NCBI GenBank assembly: GCA_964057225.1
Contig: OZ059900.1
Location: forward strand, 26,536,001 to 26,600,000
Direction of reading: 5' to 3'
Source: Auanema rhodensis
Lineage: Eukaryota > Animalia > Nematoda
Length of the DNA stretch: 64,000 nucleotides
Position 1 is the first letter of the stretch, and each line of letters starts with the position of its first letter. The notes beneath the pieces were generated by a model. That model was not told the DNA's origin and did not search any database. It worked only from the letters and a program-made list of their open reading frames with translations. Shown here in pieces: positions 15,601 through 30,600 of this stretch. A program made the translations under genes and the position numbers.

Positions 15601-18600
15601 GCTAACGATTTTTGTTTCATTGTTTTAATTGGCTAATTCTGAGTTGAATGAAATGTAGCACATTATTCTAGGACCAAAAATAAAAATTTTAGAATATTTA
15701 ATTTTTCATAAAAATCGAACGAAATAGCAAGTTGAGCCCGCCGCAAAACATGATAAATGTGTTTCTGTGCTAACGAATTTTGTTTCATTGTTTTAATTGG
15801 CTAATTCTGAGTTGAATGAAATGTAGCACATTATTCTAGGACCAAAAATGAAAATTTTAGAATATTTAATTTTTCATAATAATCGAACGAAACAGCAAGT
15901 TGAGCCCGCCGCAAAACATGATAAATGTGTTTCTGTGCTAACGAATTTTGTTTCAATGGTTTTAATTGACTAATTCTGAGTTGAATGAAATGTAGCACAT
16001 TATTCTAGGACCAAAAATGAAAATTTTAGAATATTTAATTTTCATAAAAATCGAACGAAATAGCAAGTTGAGCCCGCCGCAAAACATGGTAAATGTGTTT
16101 CTGTGCTAACGAATTTTGTTTCATTGTTTTAATTGGCTAATTCTGAGTTGAATGAAATGTAGCACATTATTCTAGGACCAAAAATGAAAATTTTAGAATA
16201 TTTAATTTTTCATAAAAATCGAACGAAATAGCAAGTTGAGCCCGCCGCAAAACATGATAAATGTGTTTCTGTGCTAACGAATTTTGTTCCATTGTTTAAA
16301 TTGGCTAATTCTGAGTTGAATGAAATGTAGCACATTATTCTAGGATCAAAAATGAAAATTTTAGAATATTTAATTTTTCATAAAAATCGAACGAAACAGC
16401 AAGTTGAGCCCGCCGCAAAACATGATAAATGTGTTTCTGTGCTAACGAATTTTGTTTCATTGTTTTAATTGGCTAATTCTGAGTTGAATGAAATGTAGCA
16501 CATTATTCTAGGACCAAAAATGAAAATTTTAGATTATTTAATTTTTCATAAAAATCGAACGAAATAGCAAGTTGAGCCGGCCGCAAAACATGATAAATGT
16601 GTTTCTGTGCTAACGAATTTTGTTTCATTGTTTTAATTGGCTACTTCTGAGTTGAATGAAATGTAGCACATTATTCTAGGACCAAAAATGAAAATTTTAG
16701 AATATTTAATTTTTCATAAAAATCGAACGAAATAGCAAGTTGAGCCCGCCGCAAAACATGATAAATGTGTTTCTGTGCTAACGAATTTTGTTTCATTGTT
16801 TTAATTGGCTAATTCTGAGTTGAATGAAATGTAGCACATTATTCTAGGACCAAAAATGAAAATTTTAGAATATTCAATTTTTCATAAAAATCGAACGAAA
16901 TAGCAAGTTGAGCCCGCCGCAAAACATGATAAATGTGTTTCTGTGCTAACGAATTTTGTTTCATTGTTTTAATTGGCTAATTCTGAGTTGAATGAAATGT
17001 AGCACATTATTCTAGGACCAAAAATGAAAATTTTAGAATATTCAATTTTTCATAAAAATCGAACGAAATAGCAAGTTGAGCCCGCCGCAAAACATGATAA
17101 ATGTGTTTCTGTGCTAACGAATTTTGTTTCAATTGTTTTAATTGACTAATTCTGAGTTGAATGAAATGTAGCACATTATTCTAGGACCAAAAATGAAAAT
17201 TTTAGAATATTTAATTTTTCATAAAAATCGAACGAAATAGCAAGTTGAGCCCGCCGCAAAACATGATAAATGTGTTTCTGTGCTAACGAATTTTGTTTCA
17301 TTGTTTTAATTGGCTAATTCTGAGTTGAATGAAATGTAGCACATTATTCTAGGACCAAAAATGAAAATTTTAGAATATTTAATTTTTCATAAAAATCGAA
17401 CGAAATAGCAAGTTGAGCCCGCCGCAAAACATGATAAATGTGTTTCTGTGCTAACGAATTTTGTTTTATTGTTTTGATTGGCTAATTCTGAGTTGAATGA
17501 AATGTAGCACATTATTCTAGGACCAAAAATGAAAATTTTAGAATATTTAATTTTTCATAAAAATCGAACGAAATAGCAAGTTGAGCCCGCCGCAAAACAT
17601 GATAAATGTGTTTCTGTGCTAACGAATTTTGTTTCATTGTTTTAATTGACTAATTCTGAGTTGAATGAAATGTAGCACATTATTCTAGGACCAAAAATGA
17701 AAATTTTAGAATATTTAATTTTTCATAAAAATCGAACGAAATAGCAAGTTGAGCCCGCCGCAAAACATGATAAATGTGTTTCTGTGCTAACGAATTTTGT
17801 TTCATTGTTTTAATTGACTAATTCTGAGTTGAATGAAATGTAGCACATTATTCTAGGACCAAAAATGAAAATTTTAGAATATTTAATTTTTCATAAAAAT
17901 CGAACGAAATAGCAAGTTGAGCCCGCCGCAAAACATGATAAATGTGTTTCTGTGCTAACGAATTTTGTTTCATTGTTTTAATTGGCTAATTCTGAGTTGA
18001 ATGAAATGTAGCACATTATTCTAGGACCAAAAATGAAAATTTTAGAATATTTAATTTTCATAAAAATCGAACGAAATAGCAAGTTGAGCCCGCCGCAAAA
18101 CATGATAAATGTGTTTCTGTGCTAACGAATTTTGTTTCATTGTTTTAATTGGCTAATTCTGAGTTGAATGAAATGTAGCACATTATTCTAGGACCAAAAA
18201 TGAAAATTTTAGAATATTCAATTTTTCATAAAAATCGAACGAAATAGCAAGTTGAGCCCGCCGCAAAACATGATAAATGTGTTTCTGTGCTAACGAATTT
18301 TGTTTCATTGTTTTAATTGGCTAATTCTGAGTTGAATGAAATGTAGCACATTATTCTAGGACCAAAAATAAAAATTTTAGAATATTTAATTTTTCATAAA
18401 AATCGAACGAAATAGCAAGTTGAGACCGCCGCAAAACATGATAAATGTGTTTCTGTGCTAACGAATTTTGTTTCATTGTTTTAATTGGCTAATTCTGAGT
18501 TGAATGAAATGTAGCACATTATTCTAGGACCAAAAATGAAAATTTTAGAATATTCAATTTTTCATAAAAATCGAACGAAATAGCAAGTTGAGCCCGCCGC

Positions 18601-21600
18601 AAAACATGATAAATGTGTTTCTGTGCTAACGAATTTTGTTTCATTGTTTTAATTGGCTAATTCTGAGTTGAATGAAATGTAGCACATTATTCTAGGACCA
18701 AAAATGAAAATTTTAGAATATTCAATTTTTCATAAAAATCGAACGAAACAGCAAGTTGAGCCCGCCGCAAAACATGATAAATGTGTTTCTGTGCTAACGA
18801 ATTTTGTTTCATTGTTTTAATTGGCTAATTCTGAGTTGAATGAAATGTAGCACATTATTCTAGGACCAAAAATGAAAATTTTAGAATATTTAAATTTTCA
18901 TAAAAATCGAACGAAATAGCAAGTTGAGCCCGCCGCAAAACATGATAAATGTGTTTCTGTGCTAACGAATTTTGTTTCATTGTTTTAATTGACTAATTCT
19001 GAGTTGAATGAAATGTAGCACATTATTCTAGGACCAAAAATGAAAATTTTAGAATATTTAATTTTTCATAAAAATCGAACGAAACAGCAAATTGAGCCCG
19101 CCGCAAAACATGATAAATGTGTTTCTGTGCTAACGAAATTTATTTCATTGTTCTAATTGGCTAATTCTGAGTTGAATGAAATGTAGCACATTATTCTAGG
19201 ACCAAAAATGAAAATTTTAGAATATTTAATTTTTCATAAAAATCGAACGAAATAGCAAGTTGAGCCCGCCGCAAAACATGATAAATGTGTTTCTGTGCTA
19301 ACGAATTTTGTTTCATTGTTTTAATTGGCTAATTCTGAGTTGAATGAAATGTAGCACATTATTCTAGGACCAAAAATGAAAATTTTAGAATATTTAATTT
19401 TTCATAATAATCGAACGAAACAGCAAGTTGAGCCCGCCGCAAAACATGATAAATGTGTTTCTGTGCTAACGAATTTTGTTTCAATGGTTTTAATTGACTA
19501 ATTCTGAGTTGAATGAAATGTAGCACATTATTCTAGGACCAAAAATGAAAATTTTAGAATATTTAATTTTCATAAAAATCGAACGAAATAGCAAGTTGAG
19601 CCCGCCGCAAAACATGGTAAATGTGTTTCTGTGCTAACGAATTTTGTTTCATTGTTTTAATTGGCTAATTCTGAGTTGAATGAAATGTAGCACATTATTC
19701 TAGGACCAAAAATGAAAATTTTAGAATATTTAATTTTTCATAAAAATCGAACGAAATAGCAAGTTGAGCCCGCCGCAAAACATGATAAATGTGTTTCTGT
19801 GCTAACGAATTTTGTTCCATTGTTTAAATTGGCTAATTCTGAGTTGAATGAAATGTAGCACATTATTCTAGGATCAAAAATGAAAATTTTAGAATATTTA
19901 ATTTTTCATAAAAATCGAACGAAACAGCAAGTTGAGCCCGCCGCAAAACATGATAAATGTGTTTCTGTGCTAACGAATTTTGTTTCATTGTTTTAATTGG
20001 CTAATTCTGAGTTGAATGAAATGTAGCACATTATTCTAGGACCAAAAATGAAAATTTTAGATTATTTAATTTTTCATAAAAATCGAACGAAATAGCAAGT
20101 TGAGCCGGCCGCAAAACATGATAAATGTGTTTCTGTGCTAACGAATTTTGTTTCATTGTTTTAATTGGCTACTTCTGAGTTGAATGAAATGTAGCACATT
20201 ATTCTAGGACCAAAAATGAAAATTTTAGAATATTTAATTTTTCATAAAAATCGAACGAAATAGCAAGTTGAGCCCGCCGCAAAACATGATAAATGTGTTT
20301 CTGTGCTAACGAATTTTGTTTCATTGTTTTAATTGGCTAATTCTGAGTTGAATGAAATGTAGCACATTATTCTAGGACCAAAAATGAAAATTTTAGAATA
20401 TTCAATTTTTCATAAAAATCGAACGAAATAGCAAGTTGAGCCCGCCGCAAAACATGATAAATGTGTTTCTGTGCTAACGAATTTTGTTTCATTGTTTTAA
20501 TTGGCTAATTCTGAGTTGAATGAAATGTAGCACATTATTCTAGGACCAAAAATGAAAATTTTAGAATATTCAATTTTTCATAAAAATCGAACGAAATAGC
20601 AAGTTGAGCCCGCCGCAAAACATGATAAATGTGTTTCTGTGCTAACGAATTTTGTTTCATTGTTTTAATTGACTAATTCTGAGTTGAATGAAATGTAGCA
20701 CATTATTCTAGGACCAAAAATGAAAATTTTAGAATATTTAATTTTTCATAAAAATCGAACGAAATAGCAAGTTGAGCCCGCCGCAAAACATGATAAATGT
20801 GTTTCTGTGCTAACGAATTTTGTTTCATTGTTTTAATTGACTAATTCTGAGTTGAATGAAATGTAGCACATTATTCTAGGACCAAAAATGAAAATTTTAG
20901 AATATTTAATTTTTCATAAAAATCGAACGAAATAGCAAGTTGAGCCCGCCGCAAAACATGATAAATGTGTTTCTGTGCTAACGAATTTTGTTTCATTGTT
21001 TTAATTGGCTAATTCTGAGTTGAATGAAATGTAGCACATTATTCTAGGACCAAAAATGAAAATTTTAGAATATTTAATTTTCATAAAAATCGAACGAAAT
21101 AGCAAGTTGAGCCCGCCGCAAAACATGATAAATGTGTTTCTGTGCTAACGAATTTTGTTTCATTGTTTTAATTGGCTAATTCTGAGTTGAATGAAATGTA
21201 GCACATTATTCTAGGACCAAAAATGAAAATTTTAGAATATTCAATTTTTCATAAAAATCGAACGAAATAGCAAGTTGAGCCCGCCGCAAAACATGATAAA
21301 TGTGTTTCTGTGCTAACGAATTTTGTTTCATTGTTTCAATTGGCTAATTCTGAGTTGAATGAAATGTAGCACATTATTCTAGGACCAAAAATGAAAATTT
21401 TAGAATATTTAATTTTTCATAAAAATCGAACGAAACAGCAAGTTGAGCCCGCCGCAAAACATGATAAATGTGTTTCTGTGCTAACGAAATTTATTTCATT
21501 GTTCTAATTGGCTAATTCTGAGTTGAATGAAATGTAGCACATTATTCTAGGATCAAAAATGAAAATTTTAGAATATTTAATTTTTCATAAAAATCGAACG

Positions 21601-24600
21601 AAACAGCAAGTTGAGCCCGCCGCAAAACATGATAAATGTGTTTCTGTGCTAACGAATTTTGTTTCATTGTTTTAATTGGCTAATTCTGAGTTGAATGAAA
21701 TGTAGCACATTATTCTAGGACCAAAAATGAAAATTTTAGATTATTTAATTTTTCATAAAAATCGAACGAAATAGCAAGTTGAGCCGGCCGCAAAACATGA
21801 TAAATGTGTTTCTGTGCTAACGAATTTTGTTTCATTGTTTTAATTGGCTACTTCTGAGTTGAATGAAATGTAGCACATTATTCTAGGACCAAAAATGAAA
21901 ATTTTAGAATATTTAATTTTTCATAAAAATCGAACGAAATAGCAAGTTGAGCCCGCCGCAAAACATGATAAATGTGTTTCTGTGCTAACGAATTTTGTTT
22001 CATTGTTTTAATTGGCTAATTCTGAGTTGAATGAAATGTAGCACATTATTCTAGGACCAAAAATGAAAATTTTAGAATATTCAATTTTTCATAAAAATCG
22101 AACGAAATAGCAAGTTGAGCCCGCCGCAAAACATGATAAATGTGTTTCTGTGCTAACGAATTTTGTTTCATTGTTTTAATTGGCTAATTCTGAGTTGAAT
22201 GAAATGTAGCACATTATTCTAGGACCAAAAATGAAAATTTTAGAATATTCAATTTTTCATAAAAATCGAACGAAATAGCAAGTTGAGCCCGCCGCAAAAC
22301 ATGATAAATGTGTTTCTGTGCTAACGAATTTTGTTTCAATTGTTTTAATTGACTAATTCTGAGTTGAATGAAATGTAGCACATTATTCTAGGACCAAAAA
22401 TGAAAATTTTAGAATATTTAATTTTTCATAAAAATCGAACGAAATAGCAAGTTGAGCCCGCCGCAAAACATGATAAATGTGTTTCTGTGCTAACGAATTT
22501 TGTTTCATTGTTTTAATTGGCTAATTCTGAGTTGAATGAAATGTAGCACATTATTCTAGGACCAAAAATGAAAATTTTAGAATATTTAATTTTTCATAAA
22601 AATCGAACGAAATAGCAAGTTGAGCCCGCCGCAAAACATGATAAATGTGTTTCTGTGCTAACGAATTTTGTTTTATTGTTTTGATTGGCTAATTCTGAGT
22701 TGAATGAAATGTAGCACATTATTCTAGGACCAAAAATGAAAATTTTAGAATATTTAATTTTTCATAAAAATCGAACGAAATAGCAAGTTGAGCCCGCCGC
22801 AAAACATGATAAATGTGTTTCTGTGCTAACGAATTTTGTTTCATTGTTTTAATTGACTAATTCTGAGTTGAATGAAATGTAGCACATTATTCTAGGACCA
22901 AAAATGAAAATTTTAGAATATTTAATTTTTCATAAAAATCGAACGAAATAGCAAGTTGAGCCCGCCGCAAAACATGATAAATGTGTTTCTGTGCTAACGA
23001 ATTTTGTTTCATTGTTTTAATTGACTAATTCTGAGTTGAATGAAATGTAGCACATTATTCTAGGACCAAAAATGAAAATTTTAGAATATTTAATTTTTCA
23101 TAAAAATCGAACGAAACAGCAAGTTGAGCCCGCCGCAAAACATGATAAATGTGTTTCTGTGCTAACGATTTTTGTTTCATTGTTTTAATTGGCTAATTCT
23201 GAGTTGAATGAAATGTAGCACATTATTCTAGGACCAAAAATAAAAATTTTAGAATATTTAATTTTTCATAAAAATCGAACGAAATAGCAAGTTGAGCCCG
23301 CCGCAAAACATGATAAATGTGTTTCTGTGCTAACGAATTTTGTTTCATTGTTTTAATTGACTAATTCTGAGTTGAATGAAATGTAGCACATTATTCTAGG
23401 ACCAAAAATGAAAATTTTAGAATATTTAATTTTTCATAAAAATCGAACGAAATAGCAAGTTGAGCCCGCCGCAAAACATGATAAATGTGTTTCTGTGCTA
23501 ACGAATTTTGTTTCATTGTTTTAATTGACTAATTCTGAGTTGAATGAAATGTAGCACATTATTCTAGGACCAAAAATGAAAATTTTAGAATATTTAATTT
23601 TTCATAAAAATCGAACGAAATAGCAAGTTGAGCCCGCCGCAAAACATGATAAATGTGTTTCTGTGCTAACGAATTTTGTTTCATTGTTTTAATTGGCTAA
23701 TTCTGAGTTGAATGAAATGTAGCACATTATTCTAGGACCAAAAATGAAAATTTTAGAATATTTAATTTTCATAAAAATCGAACGAAATAGCAAGTTGAGC
23801 CCGCCGCAAAACATGATAAATGTGTTTCTGTGCTAACGAATTTTGTTTCATTGTTTTAATTGGCTAATTCTGAGTTGAATGAAATGTAGCACATTATTCT
23901 AGGACCAAAAATGAAAATTTTAGAATATTCAATTTTTCATAAAAATCGAACGAAATAGCAAGTTGAGCCCGCCGCAAAACATGATAAATGTGTTTCTGTG
24001 CTAACGAATTTTGTTTCATTGTTTCAATTGGCTAATTCTGAGTTGAATGAAATGTAGCACATTATTCTAGGACCAAAAATGAAAATTTTAGAATATTTAA
24101 TTTTTCATAAAAATCGAACGAAACAGCAAGTTGAGCCCGCCGCAAAACATGATAAATGTGTTTCTGTGCTAACGAAATTTATTTCATTGTTCTAATTGGC
24201 TAATTCTGAGTTGAATGAAATGTAGCACATTATTCTAGGATCAAAAATGAAAATTTTAGAATATTTAATTTTTCATAAAAATCGAACGAAACAGCAAGTT
24301 GAGCCCGCCGCAAAACATGATAAATGTGTTTCTGTGCTAACGAATTTTGTTTCATTGTTTTAATTGGCTAATTCTGAGTTGAATGAAATGTAGCACATTA
24401 TTCTAGGACCAAAAATGAAAATTTTAGATTATTTAATTTTTCATAAAAATCGAACGAAATAGCAAGTTGAGCCGGCCGCAAAACATGATAAATGTGTTTC
24501 TGTGCTAACGAATTTTGTTTCATTGTTTTAATTGGCTACTTCTGAGTTGAATGAAATGTAGCACATTATTCTAGGACCAAAAATGAAAATTTTAGAATAT

Positions 24601-27600
24601 TTAATTTTTCATAAAAATCGAACGAAATAGCAAGTTGAGCCCGCCGCAAAACATGATAAATGTGTTTCTGTGCTAACGAATTTTGTTTCATTGTTTTAAT
24701 TGGCTAATTCTGAGTTGAATGAAATGTAGCACATTATTCTAGGACCAAAAATGAAAATTTTAGAATATTCAATTTTTCATAAAAATCGAACGAAATAGCA
24801 AGTTGAGCCCGCCGCAAAACATGATAAATGTGTTTCTGTGCTAACGAATTTTGTTTCATTGTTTTAATTGGCTAATTCTGAGTTGAATGAAATGTAGCAC
24901 ATTATTCTAGGACCAAAAATGAAAATTTTAGAATATTCAATTTTTCATAAAAATCGAACGAAATAGCAAGTTGAGCCCGCCGCAAAACATGATAAATGTG
25001 TTTCTGTGCTAACGAATTTTGTTTCAATTGTTTTAATTGACTAATTCTGAGTTGAATGAAATGTAGCACATTATTCTAGGACCAAAAATGAAAATTTTAG
25101 AATATTTAATTTTTCATAAAAATCGAACGAAATAGCAAGTTGAGCCCGCCGCAAAACATGATAAATGTGTTTCTGTGCTAACGAATTTTGTTTCATTGTT
25201 TTAATTGGCTAATTCTGAGTTGAATGAAATGTAGCACATTATTCTAGGACCAAAAATGAAAATTTTAGAATATTTAATTTTTCATAAAAATCGAACGAAA
25301 TAACAAGTTGAGCCCGCCGCAAAACATGATAAATGTGTTTCTGTGCTAACGAATTTTGTTTTATTGTTTTGATTGGCTAATTCTGAGTTGAATGAAATGT
25401 AGCACATTATTCTAGGACCAAAAATGAAAATTTTAGAATATTTAATTTTTCATAAAAATCGAACGAAATAGCAAGTTGAGCCCGCCGCAAAACATGATAA
25501 ATGTGTTTCTGTGCTAACGAATTTTGTTTCATTGTTTTAATTGACTAATTCTGAGTTGAATGAAATGTAGCACATTATTCTAGGACCAAAAATGAAAATT
25601 TTAGAATATTTAATTTTTCATAAAAATCGAACGAAATAGCAAGTTGAGCCCGCCGCAAAACATGATAAATGTGTTTCTGTGCTAACGAATTTTGTTTCAT
25701 TGTTTTAATTGACTAATTCTGAGTTGAATGAAATGTAGCACATTATTCTAGGACCAAAAATGAAAATTTTAGAATATTTAATTTTTCATAAAAATCGAAC
25801 GAAATAGCAAGTTGAGCCCGCCGCAAAACATGATAAATGTGTTTCTGTGCTAACGAATTTTGTTTCATTGTTTTAATTGGCTAATTCTGAGTTGAATGAA
25901 ATGTAGCACATTATTCTAGGACCAAAAATGAAAATTTTAGAATATTTAATTTTCATAAAAATCGAACGAAATAGCAAGTTGAGCCCGCCGCAAAACATGA
26001 TAAATGTGTTTCTGTGCTAACGAATTTTGTTTCATTGTTTTAATTGGCTAATTCTGAGTTGAATGAAATGTAGCACATTATTCTAGGACCAAAAATGAAA
26101 ATTTTAGAATATTCAATTTTTCATAAAAATCGAACGAAATAGCAAGTTGAGCCCGCCGCAAAACATGATAAATGTGTTTCTGTGCTAACGAATTTTGTTT
26201 CATTGTTTCAATTGGCTAATTCTGAGTTGAATGAAATGTAGCACATTATTCTAGGACCAAAAATGAAAATTTTAGAATATTTAATTTTTCATAAAAATCG
26301 AACGAAACAGCAAGTTGAGCCCGCCGCAAAACATGATAAATGTGTTTCTGTGCTAACGAATTTTGTTTCATTGTTTTAATTGGCTAATTCTGAGTTGAAT
26401 GAAATGTAGCACATTATTCTAGGACCAAAAATAAAAATTTTAGAATATTTAATTTTTCATAAAAATCGAACGAAATAGCAAGTTGAGACCGCCGCAAAAC
26501 ATGATAAATGTGTTTCTGTGCTAACGAATTTTGTTTCATTGTTTTAATTGGCTAATTCTGAGTTGAATGAAATGTAGCACATTATTCTAGGACCAAAAAT
26601 GAAAATTTTAGAATATTCAATTTTTCATAAAAATCGAACGAAATAGCAAGTTGAGCCCGCCGCAAAACATGATAAATGTGTTTCTGTGCTAACGAATTTT
26701 GTTTCATTGTTTTAATTGGCTAATTCTGAGTTGAATGAAATGTAGCACATTATTCTAGGACCAAAAATGAAAATTTTAGAATATTCAATTTTTCATAAAA
26801 ATCGAACGAAACAGCAAGTTGAGCCCGCCGCAAAACATGATAAATGTGTTTCTGTGCTAACGAATTTTGTTTCATTGTTTTAATTGGCTAATTCTGAGTT
26901 GAATGAAATGTAGCACATTATTCTAGGACCAAAAATGAAAATTTTAGAATATTTAAATTTTCATAAAAATCGAACGAAATAGCAAGTTGAGCCCGCCGCA
27001 AAACATGATAAATGTGTTTCTGTGCTAACGAATTTTGTTTCATTGTTTTAATTGACTAATTCTGAGTTGAATGAAATGTAGCACATTATTCTAGGACCAA
27101 AAATGAAAATTTTAGAATATTTAATTTTTCATAAAAATCGAACGAAACAGCAAATTGAGCCCGCCGCAAAACATGATAAATGTGTTTCTGTGCTAACGAA
27201 ATTTATTTCATTGTTCTAATTGGCTAATTCTGAGTTGAATGAAATGTAGCACATTATTCTAGGACCAAAAATGAAAATTTTAGAATATTTAATTTTTCAT
27301 AAAAATCGAACGAAATAGCAAGTTGAGCCCGCCGCAAAACATGATAAATGTGTTTCTGTGCTAACGAATTTTGTTTCATTGTTTTAATTGGCTAATTCTG
27401 AGTTGAATGAAATGTAGCACATTATTCTAGGACCAAAAATGAAAATTTTAGAATATTCAATTTTTCATAAAAATCGAACGAAATAGCAAGTTGAGCCCGC
27501 CGCAAAACATGATAAATGTGTTTCTGTGCTAACGAATTTTGTTTCATTGTTTCAATTGGCTAATTCTGAGTTGAATGAAATGTAGCACATTATTCTAGGA

Positions 27601-30600
27601 CCAAAAATGAAAATTTTAGAATATTTAATTTTTCATAAAAATCGAACGAAATAGCAAGTTGAGCCCGCCGCAAAACATGATAAATGTGTTTCTGTGCTAA
27701 CGAATTTTGTTTCATTGTTTCAATTGGCTAATTCTGAGTTGAATGAAATGTAGCACATTATTCTAGGACCAAAAATGAAAATTTTAGAATATTTAATTTT
27801 TCATAAAAATCGAACGAAACAGCAAGTTGAGCCCGCCGCAAAACATGATAAATGTGTTTCTGTGCTAACGAATTTTGTTTCATTGTTTTAATTGGCTAAT
27901 TCTGAGTTGAATGAAATGTAGCACATTATTCTAGGACCAAAAATAAAAATTTTAGAATATTTAATTTTTCATAAAAATCGAACGAAATAGCAAGTTGAGA
28001 CCGCCGCAAAACATGATAAATGTGTTTCTGTGCTAACGAATTTTGTTTCATTGTTTTAATTGGCTAATTCTGAGTTGAATGAAATGTAGCACATTATTCT
28101 AGGACCAAAAATGAAAATTTTAGAATATTCAATTTTTCATAAAAATCGAACGAAATAGCAAGTTGAGCCCGCCGCAAAACATGATAAATGTGTTTCTGTG
28201 CTAACGAATTTTGTTTCATTGTTTTAATTGGCTAATTCTGAGTTGAATGAAATGTAGCACATTATTCTAGGACCAAAAATGAAAATTTTAGAATATTCAA
28301 TTTTTCATAAAAATCGAACGAAACAGCAAGTTGAGCCCGCCGCAAAACATGATAAATGTGTTTCTGTGCTAACGAATTTTGTTTCATTGTTTTAATTGGC
28401 TAATTCTGAGTTGAATGAAATGTAGCACATTATTCTAGGACCAAAAATGAAAATTTTAGAATATTTAAATTTTCATAAAAATCGAACGAAATAGCAAGTT
28501 GAGCCCGCCGCAAAACATGATAAATGTGTTTCTGTGCTAACGAATTTTGTTTCATTGTTTTAATTGACTAATTCTGAGTTGAATGAAATGTAGCACATTA
28601 TTCTAGGACCAAAAATGAAAATTTTAGAATATTTAATTTTTCATAAAAATCGAACGAAACAGCAAATTGAGCCCGCCGCAAAACATGATAAATGTGTTTC
28701 TGTGCTAACGAAATTTATTTCATTGTTCTAATTGGCTAATTCTGAGTTGAATGAAATGTAGCACATTATTCTAGGACCAAAAATGAAAATTTTAGAATAT
28801 TTAATTTTTCATAAAAATCGAACGAAATAGCAAGTTGAGCCCGCCGCAAAACATGATAAATGTGTTTCTGTGCTAACGAATTTTGTTTCATTGTTTTAAT
28901 TGGCTAATTCTGAGTTGAATGAAATGTAGCACATTATTCTAGGACCAAAAATGAAAATTTTAGAATATTCAATTTTTCATAAAAATCGAACGAAATAGCA
29001 AGTTGAGCCCGCCGCAAAACATGATAAATGTGTTTCTGTGCTAACGAATTTTGTTTCATTGTTTCAATTGGCTAATTCTGAGTTGAATGAAATGTAGCAC
29101 ATTATTCTAGGACCAAAAATGAAAATTTTAGAATATTTAATTTTTCATAAAAATCGAACGAAACAGCAAGTTGAGCCCGCCGCAAAACATGATAAATGTG
29201 TTTCTGTGCTAACGAATTTTGTTTCATTGTTTTAATTGGCTAATTCTGAGTTGAATGAAATGTAGCACATTATTCTAGGACCAAAAATAAAAATTTTAGA
29301 ATATTTAATTTTTCATAAAAATCGAACGAAATAGCAAGTTGAGACCGCCGCAAAACATGATAAATGTGTTTCTGTGCTAACGAATTTTGTTTCATTGTTT
29401 TAATTGGCTAATTCTGAGTTGAATGAAATGTAGCACATTATTCTAGGACCAAAAATGAAAATTTTAGAATATTCAATTTTTCATAAAAATCGAACGAAAT
29501 AGCAAGTTGAGCCCGCCGCAAAACATGATAAATGTGTTTCTGTGCTAACGAATTTTGTTTCATTGTTTTAATTGGCTAATTCTGAGTTGAATGAAATGTA
29601 GCACATTATTCTAGGACCAAAAATGAAAATTTTAGAATATTCAATTTTTCATAAAAATCGAACGAAACAGCAAGTTGAGCCCGCCGCAAAACATGATAAA
29701 TGTGTTTCTGTGCTAACGAATTTGTTTCATTGTTTTAATTGGCTAATTCTGAGTTGAATGAAATGTAGCACATTATTCTAGGACCAAAAATGAAAATTTT
29801 AGAATATTTAAATTTTCATAAAAATCGAACGAAATAGCAAGTTGAGCCCGCCGCAAAACATGATAAATGTGTTTCTGTGCTAACGAATTTTGTTTCATTG
29901 TTTTAATTGGCTAATTCTGAGTTGAATGAAATGTAGCACATTATTCTAGGACCAAAAATGAAAATTTTAGAATATTTAATTTTTCATAAAAATCGAACGA
30001 AACAGCAAATTGAGCCCGCCGCAAAACATGATAAATGTGTTTCAGTGTTAACGAATTTTGTTTCATTGTTCTAATTGGCTAATTCTGAGTTGAATGAAAT
30101 GTAGCACATTATTCTAGGACTAAAAATGAAAATTTTAGAATATTTAATTTTTCATAAAAATCGAACGAAGCAGCAAGTTGAGCCCGCCGCAAAACATGAT
30201 AAATGTGTTTCTGTGCTAACGAATTTTGTTTCAATTGTTTTAATTGACTAATTCTGAGTTGAATGAAATGTAGCACATTATTCTAGGACCAAAAATGAAA
30301 ATTTTAGAATATTTAATTTTTCATAAAAATCGAACGAAATAGCAAGTTGAGCCCGCCGCAAAACATGATAAATGTGTTTCTGTGCTAACGAATTTTGTTT
30401 CATTGTTTTAATTGGCTAATTCTGAGTTGAATGAAATGTAGCACATTATTCTAGGACCAAAAATGAAAATTTTAGAATATTCAATTTTTCATAAAAATCG
30501 AACGAAATAGCAAGTTGAGCCCGCCGCAAAACATGATAAATGTGTTTCTGTGCTAACGAATTTTGTTTCATTGTTTTAATTGGCTAATTCTGAGTTGAAT